Source of the DNA: Flavobacteriales bacterium | Lineage (GTDB): Bacteria > Bacteroidota > Bacteroidia > DT-38 | DNA length: 48,722 nt | Direction of reading: 5' to 3' | Assembly: GCA_013214975.1 (NCBI GenBank) | Contig: JABSPR010000004.1 | Span: forward strand, 1-48,722 | Shown here: one piece after another, positions 28,489 to 38,138 of the stretch | How positions within the stretch are numbered: position 1 is the first letter of the stretch | How the letters are laid out: each line of letters begins with the position of its first letter | Program-made: the position numbers and the translations under genes | The notes under the pieces: model-generated | The model's input: only the letters and a program-made list of their open reading frames with translations | What the model was told of the DNA's origin: nothing | Database searches by the model: none

Positions 28489-29673
28489 TTACTCAAATGT
28501 CCCTTTAAACTCTTTTACATACATGTCTCCTAGCTTTTCTTGTCCAGCTATAAATTTCAAACCCTTCCCTGTTTTTTTGAAAAAAATGAAATCATTTCCT
28601 TTATAGTTTTTCAAATCTTTTAGAAACACCCGGCCTTGATTATACTTGAAGGCGACATAATAGTCTGCATTAAAAACATTCCATTTATGTGCTAATACTT
28701 GGATATCCTTATTAAAGCAATACCTTTTCTCAAAAAGTTTACCATTTAACTTTACTGTTTCAATTAACCTTTCATCCAATAATTGGAGTATGCCATCTTC
28801 AATAAAATGTATGTAAACCTTCTTGGTCCAACTCTCTGTCTTTATTGTTACGGGATGTATAATACCCTTCATTCTCCTTTCTACACCAAATGGGGATAAA
28901 ACAACCATTTGATCCCAGCCATTTACAGCATCTACTTTGGGTTCATTAATTAATTTAACTACGCTCAACGCTAACTCTTGGTTTGAACCAATGGGTAAAG
29001 TTCCCTCAGGGAGATACACGTTTAGCTTTGAGTTAGCAACATGGTAACCGACTATATGTACCAGCATATTCAAATATTCATTTTTAGGGTTTAATTTCAA
29101 TACATCATTCATTGACAATATGTCATTAAACAAGCCGTCTTCATTCATTCCAAATTTTTTATACTTATTGGACATGCAATGCCCCTCATTTATTTCATAA
29201 AAATTATCATAAATAGAAGGAATGGTTTTTGTTAATCTTCTTATAAACTGATTGATTTCTCGATTAAAAATAAATTCTGTATTCCCATCCTTATATTGAA
29301 CAGAGTTGAAATCCGTACCTCCAAGAAATACGTTTTTAACCTTGATTCCATTAATAAAGGAAACTGTACCATCCTCTGTACTTTTATATTCTAGATTCGT
29401 TTTACCAAGTCTTATTTCCCCCCTAACTACAGTTCCATCAATAAAATGGATTTTTCCTCGATGAAATCTGTACTCTTTTGCGCATCCCTTCTTTTGCACG
29501 CTATAAGGAAACTTTGAATATGCATATGTATTAGGATAAGCAGGCGTTGCATATATAGAAGTTGCATATGGTAAAGGCGGCTGATAACCTGGAATATTGT
29601 ACACCCCTGGAGGAACTTGAGCCTTTATAGCGACACCGTAAGATAGAAATATCAAGAGTATTGTTAGTCTCAT
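28489..29673 (-). CDS. Hypothetical secreted protein with a Pro/Tyr-rich N-terminal segment
   Basis: 394 aa. Signal peptide ...AIKA|Q is followed by VPPGVYNIPGYQPPLPYATSIYATPAYPNTYAYSKFPY. No family recognised. Confidence 0.55.
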   Translation of the reverse strand: MRLTILLIFLSYGVAIKAQVPPGVYNIPGYQPPLPYATSIYATPAYPNTYAYSKFPYSVQKKGCAKEYRFHRGKIHFIDGTVVRGEIRLGKTNLEYKSTEDGTVSFINGIKVKNVFLGGTDFNSVQYKDGNTEFIFNREINQFIRRLTKTIPSIYDNFYEINEGHCMSNKYKKFGMNEDGLFNDILSMNDVLKLNPKNEYLNMLVHIVGYHVANSKLNVYLPEGTLPIGSNQELALSVVKLINEPKVDAVNGWDQMVVLSPFGVERRMKGIIHPVTIKTESWTKKVYIHFIEDGILQLLDERLIETVKLNGKLFEKRYCFNKDIQVLAHKWNVFNADYYVAFKYNQGRVFLKDLKNYKGNDFIFFKKTGKGLKFIAGQEKLGDMYVKEFKGTFE

Positions 29674-29696
29674 AACTAGCTTTTAAAATCCGTGAA

Positions 29697-31556
29697 CTAT
29701 TCAAACAACCTATCCAACGTCTCATAAGAAACAGAATGATAGTTAGCCCTCGCCTTCGAATAAATATCTTTTGCCAATCCAGGATGTTTGTCATCCGAAT
29801 TAATTAGCTCTTTGTATAATGGAGTTAAGAACTTTCTACGACCTACATTAATTAAGAACTTTTCTACTTCAGGAAATACGGCTGAGTAATTGTTCTCTAC
29901 ACAGAACAACAACCAAGCGGCTAATATTTCCGAATTACCCGATTTCGAAAACTCGAATTCTTCATCAATTCGGGCAATTTGTTCTATCACTAAATCACTC
30001 GGAAGATGATGTATAAAATGCAACCATTCGTGGGTAGACCAATCTGCTATTCTAAGATCGCCATACGCTCCGCTCGCCAACATAATAGAAATTGATTCTT
30101 CGACTTTTTCAAATTTATCAGAATTGATTTTAGATATAGATTCTGGTAATCCAGGTTCATGAATCCACTCGTCCGTATTAAAGGCAATATTATATCTATC
30201 AATTAGATTGGTCTTAATATAAGATTCAACTACATCAGTAGTAACACTAGTAAATTGGAATGTTTTAAAATACCCTTTCAAAAATTCATCAAACTTATCT
30301 CTACCGAAAGTTTCTTCCATTTTCCGAAGCATCATGTATCCCTTAGTATAAGGTACTCCCGAAAACCCGTCATCTGGATTTCGTGCTTCTAAATCTATCT
30401 CCAATCGAGTATCTGGGTTATCATTTCCCATTTCCTCAATTTCATCTTCTAATTCTTGAAGACTGAGAGAAGAAAGCATCTCTGCATATTCTCTACCATA
30501 AAGCTCCTCCATAATACGTTGTTCGAGATAAACGGTAAATCCTTCGTTGATCCATAGATCGTTCCAATTGGCATTAGTAACCAAATTACCAGACCATGAG
30601 TGCGCCAATTCATGCGCAATTAAAGAAGTAAGGGATCTGTCTCCAGCAATTATTGTCGGTGTCGCAAACGTTAGCTTAGGGTTCTCCATTCCTCCAAAAG
30701 GGAAGCTAGGTGGCAGAACAATAACGTCATATCTCCCCCATGGGTAAGGGCCATACATATTCTCGGTGGCAATCAACATCTTCTCCATATCCGCAAACTC
30801 ATATGCAGATTCATCCAGCAAATATGATTCGCAATAAACCCCGGTCCGTTCACCTATCGCTTTAAACTCGATGTCTCCCACTGCTATAGCTACTAGATAA
30901 CTCGGTACCGGAATATCCATTACGAAACTATATTCACCCGTATTGTTTCTGGATTGAGTGTTATCTGCACTCATCACAGCCATCATGCCTTCTGGCACTT
31001 TAACCTTAGCATTATAAGTAAATCTAATCCCCGGGCTATCTTGACAAGGAATCCAAGTTCTCGTTAAAATAGCCTGACCTTGCGTATAAAGAAATGGCAT
31101 CTTCTTACCTCCCGTTTGCTCTGGAGCAAGCCATTGTAAAGCCATTGCAATAGGACTTGTAGTATATTCTATTTCTATAGATTTGGTAGAGCTGGTAATC
31201 GGAATAATTAACATGTTACCGTTTTCGTCGCCCTCCTCAATTTTATACTTCACTTTATCTTCCTCTCCTGTATAAACGGAGTGAATTTCTAATCCAAGAA
31301 TATCTAAAATTATTTCTGAGCCTCCAAAGTTCTCTATCTGATAATTAGCCACACCAGATACCACTTTGCGTTCAAAATCAAGATTAATGGATAGATCGAG
31401 GTGCTTAACAACAGCCTCGTTAGGGTTTGAAAAACTATGAGGATCTTTTGAATATTTCGGCACCATATTATCAGTTTGTTCTTTAACAATTTCTTCTCCG
31501 CAACCTTGTATAATAAAAAGAGCAATTGGTAGAATCCATAGTAAAATCCTCTTCAT
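29697..31556 (-). CDS. M1-family zinc aminopeptidase lipoprotein (leukotriene-A4-hydrolase-like)
   Basis: GGMENP exopeptidase motif, HELAHSWSGN plus WINEGFTVY (HExxH-18-E), and a helical C-terminal domain. The track start at 31565 is TTG. The ATG at 31556 gives [22 protein letters not shown], a lipoprotein signal, and overlaps the nadB stop as TAATG. Confidence 0.85.
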   Translation of the reverse strand: MKRILLWILPIALFIIQGCGEEIVKEQTDNMVPKYSKDPHSFSNPNEAVVKHLDLSINLDFERKVVSGVANYQIENFGGSEIILDILGLEIHSVYTGEEDKVKYKIEEGDENGNMLIIPITSSTKSIEIEYTTSPIAMALQWLAPEQTGGKKMPFLYTQGQAILTRTWIPCQDSPGIRFTYNAKVKVPEGMMAVMSADNTQSRNNTGEYSFVMDIPVPSYLVAIAVGDIEFKAIGERTGVYCESYLLDESAYEFADMEKMLIATENMYGPYPWGRYDVIVLPPSFPFGGMENPKLTFATPTIIAGDRSLTSLIAHELAHSWSGNLVTNANWNDLWINEGFTVYLEQRIMEELYGREYAEMLSSLSLQELEDEIEEMGNDNPDTRLEIDLEARNPDDGFSGVPYTKGYMMLRKMEETFGRDKFDEFLKGYFKTFQFTSVTTDVVESYIKTNLIDRYNIAFNTDEWIHEPGLPESISKINSDKFEKVEESISIMLASGAYGDLRIADWSTHEWLHFIHHLPSDLVIEQIARIDEEFEFSKSGNSEILAAWLLFCVENNYSAVFPEVEKFLINVGRRKFLTPLYKELINSDDKHPGLAKDIYSKARANYHSVSYETLDRLFE

Positions 31557-33121
31557 TATGCACAATCTATGTTATAATAACCTCCTTTATTTTCTTTTCG
31601 ATGTCGTGAATGTTTCACAATGAGATAAGCTACAGTTATAAGATTTCTCAATTCGCACAATTGGGGAGATATAATAGTTTTCTCATATAGCTCTTCGGTT
31701 TCCGAATAAAGCATATCAAGTCTCTTTCTAACCATTGCAAGTCGATAATTAGATCTAACAATACCAACATAGTCACTCATAAGAGAACGTAATTCTTCCG
31801 TACTATGCGTAATGAGAACTTTTTCTTTTGGATGAGAAGTTCCTTCGGCATTCCAATTTGGAATTTCAATGTCATCAAAATTTCCTTTTGGAGCATTTTG
31901 TATATCAATAAATGATCTATGCGCAAATACCAAAGCTTCCAATAACGAATTTGATGCAAGTCGATTTGCACCGTGCAAACCAGTTCGGGCGCTTTCACCA
32001 CCAGCATATAAATTATTGATACTTGTTCTACCATTTTCATCCACCTCAATGCCTCCACATAAATAGTGCGCGGCCGGAACAACCGGAATCATCTTAGAAC
32101 TCACATCTATTCCTATCGACAAGCATTTCTCTGTGATGTTTGGGAAATGCTTTTCGAATTCTGTTTTATCCAAATGACTACAATCCAGATAAACATATTT
32201 TTCTCCACTTTTTTTTAACTCAGAATCGATAGCCTGTGCAACAATATCACGGGAAGCAAGTTCTTTTCTATCATCATACTTACCCATAAATTCTTCGCCA
32301 TCTCTTGTTTTAAGAATGGCCCCAAAACCCCTCACCGCTTCTGAAATCAAGAAAGCCTGTTCAGCGCCTGGCTCATATAATGCAGTCGGATGAAATTGCA
32401 CAAATTCCATGTCTTTAATCTTCGCTTTCGCCCTATATGCCAACGCAACTCCATCGCCTGTTGCTATAGATGGATTTGTAGTATTTCTATACGCTTGACC
32501 AATGCCACCAGATGCCAACATAGTTACGTCTGCCAGAATACTCTGTATTTCACTACTCTTTTGAGCCAACACATATGCACCATAGCAATTCACTTCGTTG
32601 GTTAATTTTCTAGACTGAACCTTTCTATGATGCTCCGTAATCAGATCAATTACGTAATGATGTTCTAACATTTCGATGTTGGAACACATTTTAATCTGCC
32701 GAAGCAAAGACATTTCTACTTCGTAGCCTGTTACATCCTTGTGATGAACAATTCGGTTCAATGAATGACCACCTTCTTTTCCTAAATCAAAATCACCAGA
32801 CTCCTCTTTATCAAAACCCACTCCCCACGAAATCATTTCCTCAAAACGAGCTGGACCTTCCTCAATAACCATTTTTACAATATTCTCATCACACAAGCCA
32901 TCGCCAGCAATCAAAGTATCGTTGATGTGTTTTTCGAATGAATCTTCTTTACCTGGGAAAACAAAAGCGATACCACCTTGAGCATACTTTGTATTTGATT
33001 CGCTCTCGTCTCCTTTTGTAACGATTGTTACTTTCTTATCCGTAAAGTGACGAGCTACTTTTAAGGCGTAGGTAAGTCCAGCTATCCCGGAACCAATTAC
33101 AAGAAAATCGGTTCTAATCAT
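31556..33121 (-). CDS. nadB: L-aspartate oxidase
   Basis: 521 aa with the FAD motif [12 protein letters not shown] and fumarate-reductase/succinate-dehydrogenase flavoprotein signatures. It overlaps nadA by 4 nt. Confidence 0.92.
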   Translation of the reverse strand: MIRTDFLVIGSGIAGLTYALKVARHFTDKKVTIVTKGDESESNTKYAQGGIAFVFPGKEDSFEKHINDTLIAGDGLCDENIVKMVIEEGPARFEEMISWGVGFDKEESGDFDLGKEGGHSLNRIVHHKDVTGYEVEMSLLRQIKMCSNIEMLEHHYVIDLITEHHRKVQSRKLTNEVNCYGAYVLAQKSSEIQSILADVTMLASGGIGQAYRNTTNPSIATGDGVALAYRAKAKIKDMEFVQFHPTALYEPGAEQAFLISEAVRGFGAILKTRDGEEFMGKYDDRKELASRDIVAQAIDSELKKSGEKYVYLDCSHLDKTEFEKHFPNITEKCLSIGIDVSSKMIPVVPAAHYLCGGIEVDENGRTSINNLYAGGESARTGLHGANRLASNSLLEALVFAHRSFIDIQNAPKGNFDDIEIPNWNAEGTSHPKEKVLITHSTEELRSLMSDYVGIVRSNYRLAMVRKRLDMLYSETEELYEKTIISPQLCELRNLITVAYLIVKHSRHRKENKGGYYNIDCA

Positions 33122-34134
33122 AAACTTAATTGAACAACCTTTCCTGCCGAAACGTCGAGCATCCTTTCTATTGGAACTAACGCTTTTCTTTGAATTTCTG
33201 GGTCAACATGAATTTCAGGAAGTTCATGTTTCATGCACAAATAAAGTTTCTTCATGGTATTCATTTTCATAAAATGACATTCGCTGCATGCGCAAGTATT
33301 GTCTTCATGAGCAGGAGCGGCGTATAATTTTTTAGTCGGAACCTCTTTCATCATCTGATGAAGAATACCAGCTTCTGTAGCCACAATAAATTCATCATGG
33401 TCTTCATTTTTTACATAATCAATCATACCAGCTGTAGAACCTACGTAAGCTGCCGTTTTCAAAATATGCGTTTCAGACTCTGGGTGAGCGATAATTTTAG
33501 CATTGGGATGTTCCGCACTCAATTGTAATAATTTATCAATAGAGAAAGCTTCGTGTACGATGCAAGCTCCATCCCAAAGAAGCATGTCTCTTCCTGTTTC
33601 ACCGATTAAATACTTTCCTAGATTTTTATCAGGAGCAAAAATGATTGGTTTATCTGCAGGGATGGAGTTAATAATGCTCACTGCATTGGACGAAGTGCAA
33701 ACAATATCAGTAAGAGCCTTTACATCCGCAGAACAGTTAACATAAGTTACTACCACGTGGTCTGGATGAGCATCCTTAAAGGCTTTAAAATCGTTTGGTG
33801 GGCAAGAATCAGCTAAAGAACAACCTGCTTTTAAATCAGGAAGAACTACCTTCTTTGTAGGATTTAAAATCTTTGCGGTCTCCGCCATAAATTGAACTCC
33901 TGCAAAAACAATTAAATCCGCATCAGTACGTGCTGCTTCTTGAGAAAGACCTAAGCTATCCCCAACAAAATCCGCAATGTCTTGTATTTCAGGCTCCTGA
34001 TAGTAGTGCGCAAGAATAACCGCGTTCTTTTCCTTTTTAAGGATATTAATCTCCTTTACTAGGTCAAGACTGTTACTTACCTCTATATCCAAATATCCTC
34101 TCTCCTCAATCTCCTTAGACATAATTTCGGCCAT
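33118..34134 (-). CDS. nadA: Quinolinate synthase
   Basis: 338 aa with ILAHYYQ and the conserved Cys ligands of type NadA (CSLADSC, VNCSA, CSEC region). Confidence 0.92.
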   Translation of the reverse strand: MAEIMSKEIEERGYLDIEVSNSLDLVKEINILKKEKNAVILAHYYQEPEIQDIADFVGDSLGLSQEAARTDADLIVFAGVQFMAETAKILNPTKKVVLPDLKAGCSLADSCPPNDFKAFKDAHPDHVVVTYVNCSADVKALTDIVCTSSNAVSIINSIPADKPIIFAPDKNLGKYLIGETGRDMLLWDGACIVHEAFSIDKLLQLSAEHPNAKIIAHPESETHILKTAAYVGSTAGMIDYVKNEDHDEFIVATEAGILHQMMKEVPTKKLYAAPAHEDNTCACSECHFMKMNTMKKLYLCMKHELPEIHVDPEIQRKALVPIERMLDVSAGKVVQLSL

Positions 34135-34161
34135 AATAATAGTTCCTTACGTGCGTTCACA

Positions 34162-34175
34162 TAGCCTGCAGGCTA
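34162..34175. promoter_or_regulatory. Perfect 14-nt GC-rich palindrome TAGCCTGCAGGCTA in the nadA leader
   Basis: Read directly from the sequence. It lies between the candidate -7 box (34186..34193) and the nadA ATG (34134). Confidence 0.35.
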
Positions 34176-34185
34176 AAAGCGAAGC

Positions 34186-34193
34186 CAAATATA
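34186..34193 (-). promoter_or_regulatory. Candidate -7 box TATATTTG (minus strand) for nadA-nadB
   Basis: Exact TAnnTTTG, 52 nt upstream of the nadA ATG. Confidence 0.4.
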
Positions 34194-34287
34194 CTTCAGA
34201 CTGATGAATTGACAAATGATTACGAAAAACAAAACGATTATTTCATATTTTCGCTAACTGTAATTTGGCAGTCAAACAAACAACGCA

Positions 34288-37200
34288 ATGGATCAATTTA
34301 AAAAACTTAATACACTCGTAGGCTGGATTGTTTTCGCAATCGCAACTACTGTGTATTTCTTAACGATTGAACCGACAGCAAGTTTCTGGGATTGCGGTGA
34401 ATATATTGCCTCGGCATATAAACTTCAAGTAGGCCACCCTCCTGGAGGACCCTTTTTTCAATTACTAGGCAGGTTCTTTACCCTTTTCGCATTTGGTGAT
34501 GTTACTCAAGTAGCAAAAATGATTAACGTCCTTTCTGCATTATGTAGCTCGTTTACAATTTTATTTCTTTTCTGGACAATTACTGCCATGGGAAAAAAGC
34601 TCGTTGGTGCTAAAGAAGAAATGACTACTGGTCATATATATGCAATTCTAGGCAGTGGAATTGTTGGAGGACTCGCTTATACATTTTCAGATTCATTCTG
34701 GTTCTCCGCGGTTGAAGGAGAAGTTTACGCAATGTCATCTTGCTTTACTGCATTAGTTTTTTGGCTTATAGTAAAATGGGAAGATCACGCACATGAAGAA
34801 CGTTCAGATAAATGGATCGTTTTAATTTCCTATTTAGTTGGGCTTTCCATTGGTGTTCATTTACTAAACTTATTAGCTATTCCTGCCATCGGGATGGTGT
34901 ATTACTTCAAAAAATTTAAGTACACGAGAAAAGGACTTATCATTGCTTTTATTGTCTCTTTCTCTATACTCGTTATAGTGCAGTATGGCATTATACCAGG
35001 ATTTATCTGGGTTGCATCGCGCTTTGAACTTCTTTTTGTAAACGATTTTGGTCTACCATTTAACAGTGGCCTTATTGTTTATGGTTCGCTAATAATAGGA
35101 GGCATACTTTACGGCCTTAAATGGAGCAAACAAAACGGGTATAAAATACTTAACACAGCTATAATCTGTTTTACATTTATCCTAATTGGTTACTCATCTT
35201 ATGCACTTATTGTAATTAGATCTAGCGCTAATCCGCCGATGGATGAAAATAACCCTGAGCATGTATTCTCTTTACTTTCTTATTTACAACGGGAACAATA
35301 TGGTGACAGACCATTATTAACTGGCCAATATTATAACGCACCAATAGACAAAACGGATCCTTATCACGATGGATCGCCTGTGTATTCTAAATCACCTAAC
35401 AGCGATAAATATTTCATCTCTGATGACCGAAAGGCCACTAAGCCAAACTTCGACAAGAAATTCAAAACCACATTCCCTCGTATGTATAGCTCACAGGGTA
35501 GTCATGTGAGAGCTTACAAGAGAATTGCAGATATTAAAGGAAAATCTGTAAAATATGTGAACGAAAGAGGAGAACAGGAAATAATTCAAAAGCCCACATT
35601 TGCTGAAAATCTTACCTTCTTCTTTAAGTATCAAATTGGTCATATGTACTTAAGGTATTTTGCTTGGAATTATGTGGGTCGTCAGAACGATTTACAAGGG
35701 CATGTAGAATTTGGTAAAGGAAACTGGATAAGTGGGGTTGACTTTATTGATGAGGCATTAGTTGGTCCACAAGATTTACTCCCACCTGAATTGGCTAATA
35801 ACAAAGCAAAGAACAAATTCTACTTCTTACCACTTCTACTCGGTATACTAGGAATATTAGTTCAATTCAGTAAAAACTGGAAAGATGGTTTCGTAGTACT
35901 ACTTCTCTTCTTCTTTACTGGTTTGGCCATTGTAATCTACCTTAATCAATACCCATTTCAACCCAGAGAGAGAGATTACGCCTATGTTGGATCATTCTAT
36001 GCCTTTGCCATTTGGATTGGGATAGGAGTTTATGGCGTATTTGATATTTTCAGACAATACACCAACCCTGTTATCAGTTCAGTAGCAGCTACAGTACTAT
36101 GTTTACTTCTAGTACCAACAATTATGGCAAAAGAAGGATGGGACGATCACGATAGATCTGACACTTACGCTGCTAGAGATTTTGCTTATAACTACTTAAA
36201 TAGTTGCGCACCCAATGCCATTTTATTTACAAATGGTGATAACGATACATTCCCACTTTGGTATCTCCAAGATGTTGAAGGCATAAGAACAGATGTGCGA
36301 GTCGTTAATCTTAGTTTACTAAATACAGATTGGTATATCGATCAAATGAAGCGTAAAGCATATGATTCTGATCCTACACCATTCTCTCTTACTAAAGACA
36401 AATACATCCAAGGAACAAGAGATTACCTTTTGTATTATGACAAAAAACTAAAAGGCTATAGCGATATAGATAAGGTAATGGAATTTATTGCTAGCGATAA
36501 AAACCAAACCAAATTACAAACGCGTGGAGGTAAAATGATTAATTACCTGCCGACCAAAAAGATAAAAATACCGGTCGACAAAAAATTCATTTTAGAAAAC
36601 GGTACGGTTAAGCAAGAACTCGCTGATCAAATATTACCTGCGATCAACTGGGATATTAAGAAAAGTCATCTTGTTAAAAAGAACATGATGATTCTTGACC
36701 TACTGGCCACAAATGATTGGAAACGTCCGATTTATTTTGCCATTACAGTAGGTGGCGATAGCTACTTGGATCTTCAACAATATTTCCAATTAGAAGGATT
36801 AGCTTATCGACTTGTTCCTTTAAAAACGAACAATGCCGATGGTCAAATTGGAAGAATAGATACTGATATCATGTACGAAAACCTCATGAATAAATTCAAG
36901 TGGGGAAATATTTCTGATCCAAATGTTTATTTGAACGAGAATAATATCCGAATGACAATGAACTTCAGAAACAACTTTACAAGATTGGCTGAAGCTCTAA
37001 TAGCAGAAGGCGATACAGAAAGAGCAAGTAAAGTTGCTGATCGTTGTTTTGATATTATGCCACACGAGAGTATTCCGTATAATCTGTTTGTTCTGCCGTT
37101 AGCAGAAGTTTATTATAACGTAGGGGAAATTGAAAAAGGTAATGAGGTTATCCAAATATTGGCAAATAAATATGAGAAAGAATTAGACTACTATTTCTCT

Positions 37201-37392
37201 ATGAAATTAAACTATTTGAATGCAACTAAACGGGATCTTCAGCAGGCTATGTCTATCATGCAGCGTTTATCTATGATAACTGAGAAATATGAGCAGACCG
37301 AGCTAAATGAAATACTTGAAGCCAAGTTTAAATCTTTAGAGGAGTTGTATATACAACGAATGACTGCACTAAATCAACAATACCCTTCTTAG
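34288..37392 (+). CDS. DUF2723-family (TMEM260-like) GT-C-fold membrane glycosyltransferase with a large C-terminal soluble/TPR-like domain
   Basis: 1034 aa. The N-terminus TASFWDCGEYIASAYKLQVGHPPGGPFF is the family signature. More than 10 TM helices, with a helical repeat-like C-terminus. Confidence 0.8.
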   Translation: MDQFKKLNTLVGWIVFAIATTVYFLTIEPTASFWDCGEYIASAYKLQVGHPPGGPFFQLLGRFFTLFAFGDVTQVAKMINVLSALCSSFTILFLFWTITAMGKKLVGAKEEMTTGHIYAILGSGIVGGLAYTFSDSFWFSAVEGEVYAMSSCFTALVFWLIVKWEDHAHEERSDKWIVLISYLVGLSIGVHLLNLLAIPAIGMVYYFKKFKYTRKGLIIAFIVSFSILVIVQYGIIPGFIWVASRFELLFVNDFGLPFNSGLIVYGSLIIGGILYGLKWSKQNGYKILNTAIICFTFILIGYSSYALIVIRSSANPPMDENNPEHVFSLLSYLQREQYGDRPLLTGQYYNAPIDKTDPYHDGSPVYSKSPNSDKYFISDDRKATKPNFDKKFKTTFPRMYSSQGSHVRAYKRIADIKGKSVKYVNERGEQEIIQKPTFAENLTFFFKYQIGHMYLRYFAWNYVGRQNDLQGHVEFGKGNWISGVDFIDEALVGPQDLLPPELANNKAKNKFYFLPLLLGILGILVQFSKNWKDGFVVLLLFFFTGLAIVIYLNQYPFQPRERDYAYVGSFYAFAIWIGIGVYGVFDIFRQYTNPVISSVAATVLCLLLVPTIMAKEGWDDHDRSDTYAARDFAYNYLNSCAPNAILFTNGDNDTFPLWYLQDVEGIRTDVRVVNLSLLNTDWYIDQMKRKAYDSDPTPFSLTKDKYIQGTRDYLLYYDKKLKGYSDIDKVMEFIASDKNQTKLQTRGGKMINYLPTKKIKIPVDKKFILENGTVKQELADQILPAINWDIKKSHLVKKNMMILDLLATNDWKRPIYFAITVGGDSYLDLQQYFQLEGLAYRLVPLKTNNADGQIGRIDTDIMYENLMNKFKWGNISDPNVYLNENNIRMTMNFRNNFTRLAEALIAEGDTERASKVADRCFDIMPHESIPYNLFVLPLAEVYYNVGEIEKGNEVIQILANKYEKELDYYFSMKLNYLNATKRDLQQAMSIMQRLSMITEKYEQTELNEILEAKFKSLEELYIQRMTALNQQYPS

Positions 37393-37427
37393 GTATTCTC
37401 GATATTACTTGATTTATTTGCTAAATC

Positions 37428-38045
37428 ATGTATTTCATTCAACCATCATTTTTAGCACGTCGCGTTTATCATGAATGCACGTGGAGAATTCCGAACGGAA
37501 ATACTATCTATCTCACATTCGATGACGGACCAACAACAGAAGTAACCGAGTGGATATTAGAATTCCTATCTAACGAGAATATTAAAGCTACTTTCTTTTG
37601 CACAGGTAAAGCTGTGGTTAAAGAAAAAGATCTTTTCGACAGAATTATAAAAGATGATCATAGAATAGGAAATCACACTTTCAACCATCCAAATGGCTGG
37701 AAAAGTAATAATACAGATTATATAAAAGACGTTGCGCAAGCCGCTAATGTTATTCCCTCCAACCTATTCAGACCACCTTATGGCAAGGTATCCAAACGTC
37801 AGATTAGAGAATTACGAAAAGATTATAATATAATTATGTGGGATATTCTTTCCGGCGATTTTGATAAATCGATCTCTAAAGAAAAATGCGCGAAAAATGT
37901 AATAACCAATTTAAGGGATGGATCCATCATAGTTTTTCACGACACAATTAAATCTTTTGATAAATTAAGATACTGTTTGCCTATCTTGGTAAAACATGCT
38001 ACAATAAATGGTTTTAAATTCTCAAAATTACCTGATTTCAAGTAG
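37428..38045 (+). CDS. Polysaccharide deacetylase (NodB homology domain, CE4)
   Basis: 205 aa with the TFDDGP and HTFNHP motifs. Confidence 0.8.
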   Translation: MYFIQPSFLARRVYHECTWRIPNGNTIYLTFDDGPTTEVTEWILEFLSNENIKATFFCTGKAVVKEKDLFDRIIKDDHRIGNHTFNHPNGWKSNNTDYIKDVAQAANVIPSNLFRPPYGKVSKRQIRELRKDYNIIMWDILSGDFDKSISKEKCAKNVITNLRDGSIIVFHDTIKSFDKLRYCLPILVKHATINGFKFSKLPDFK

Positions 38046-38138
38046 GATAATTATTGAAAATCTAACCTAAATTAGAAAAACAAATAGGCATAGAAATACG
38101 TATTAAAAAAATTAAAACACGACCAAGAACAACTTAGG

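Noticed and set aside
31557-31565. TTG-initiated extension of the M1 peptidase ORF, and likewise TTG 26784 for the small OMP
   Set aside because: In-frame ATGs 9 nt downstream give canonical signal peptides. At 31556 the ATG forms a TAATG stop-start overlap with nadB.
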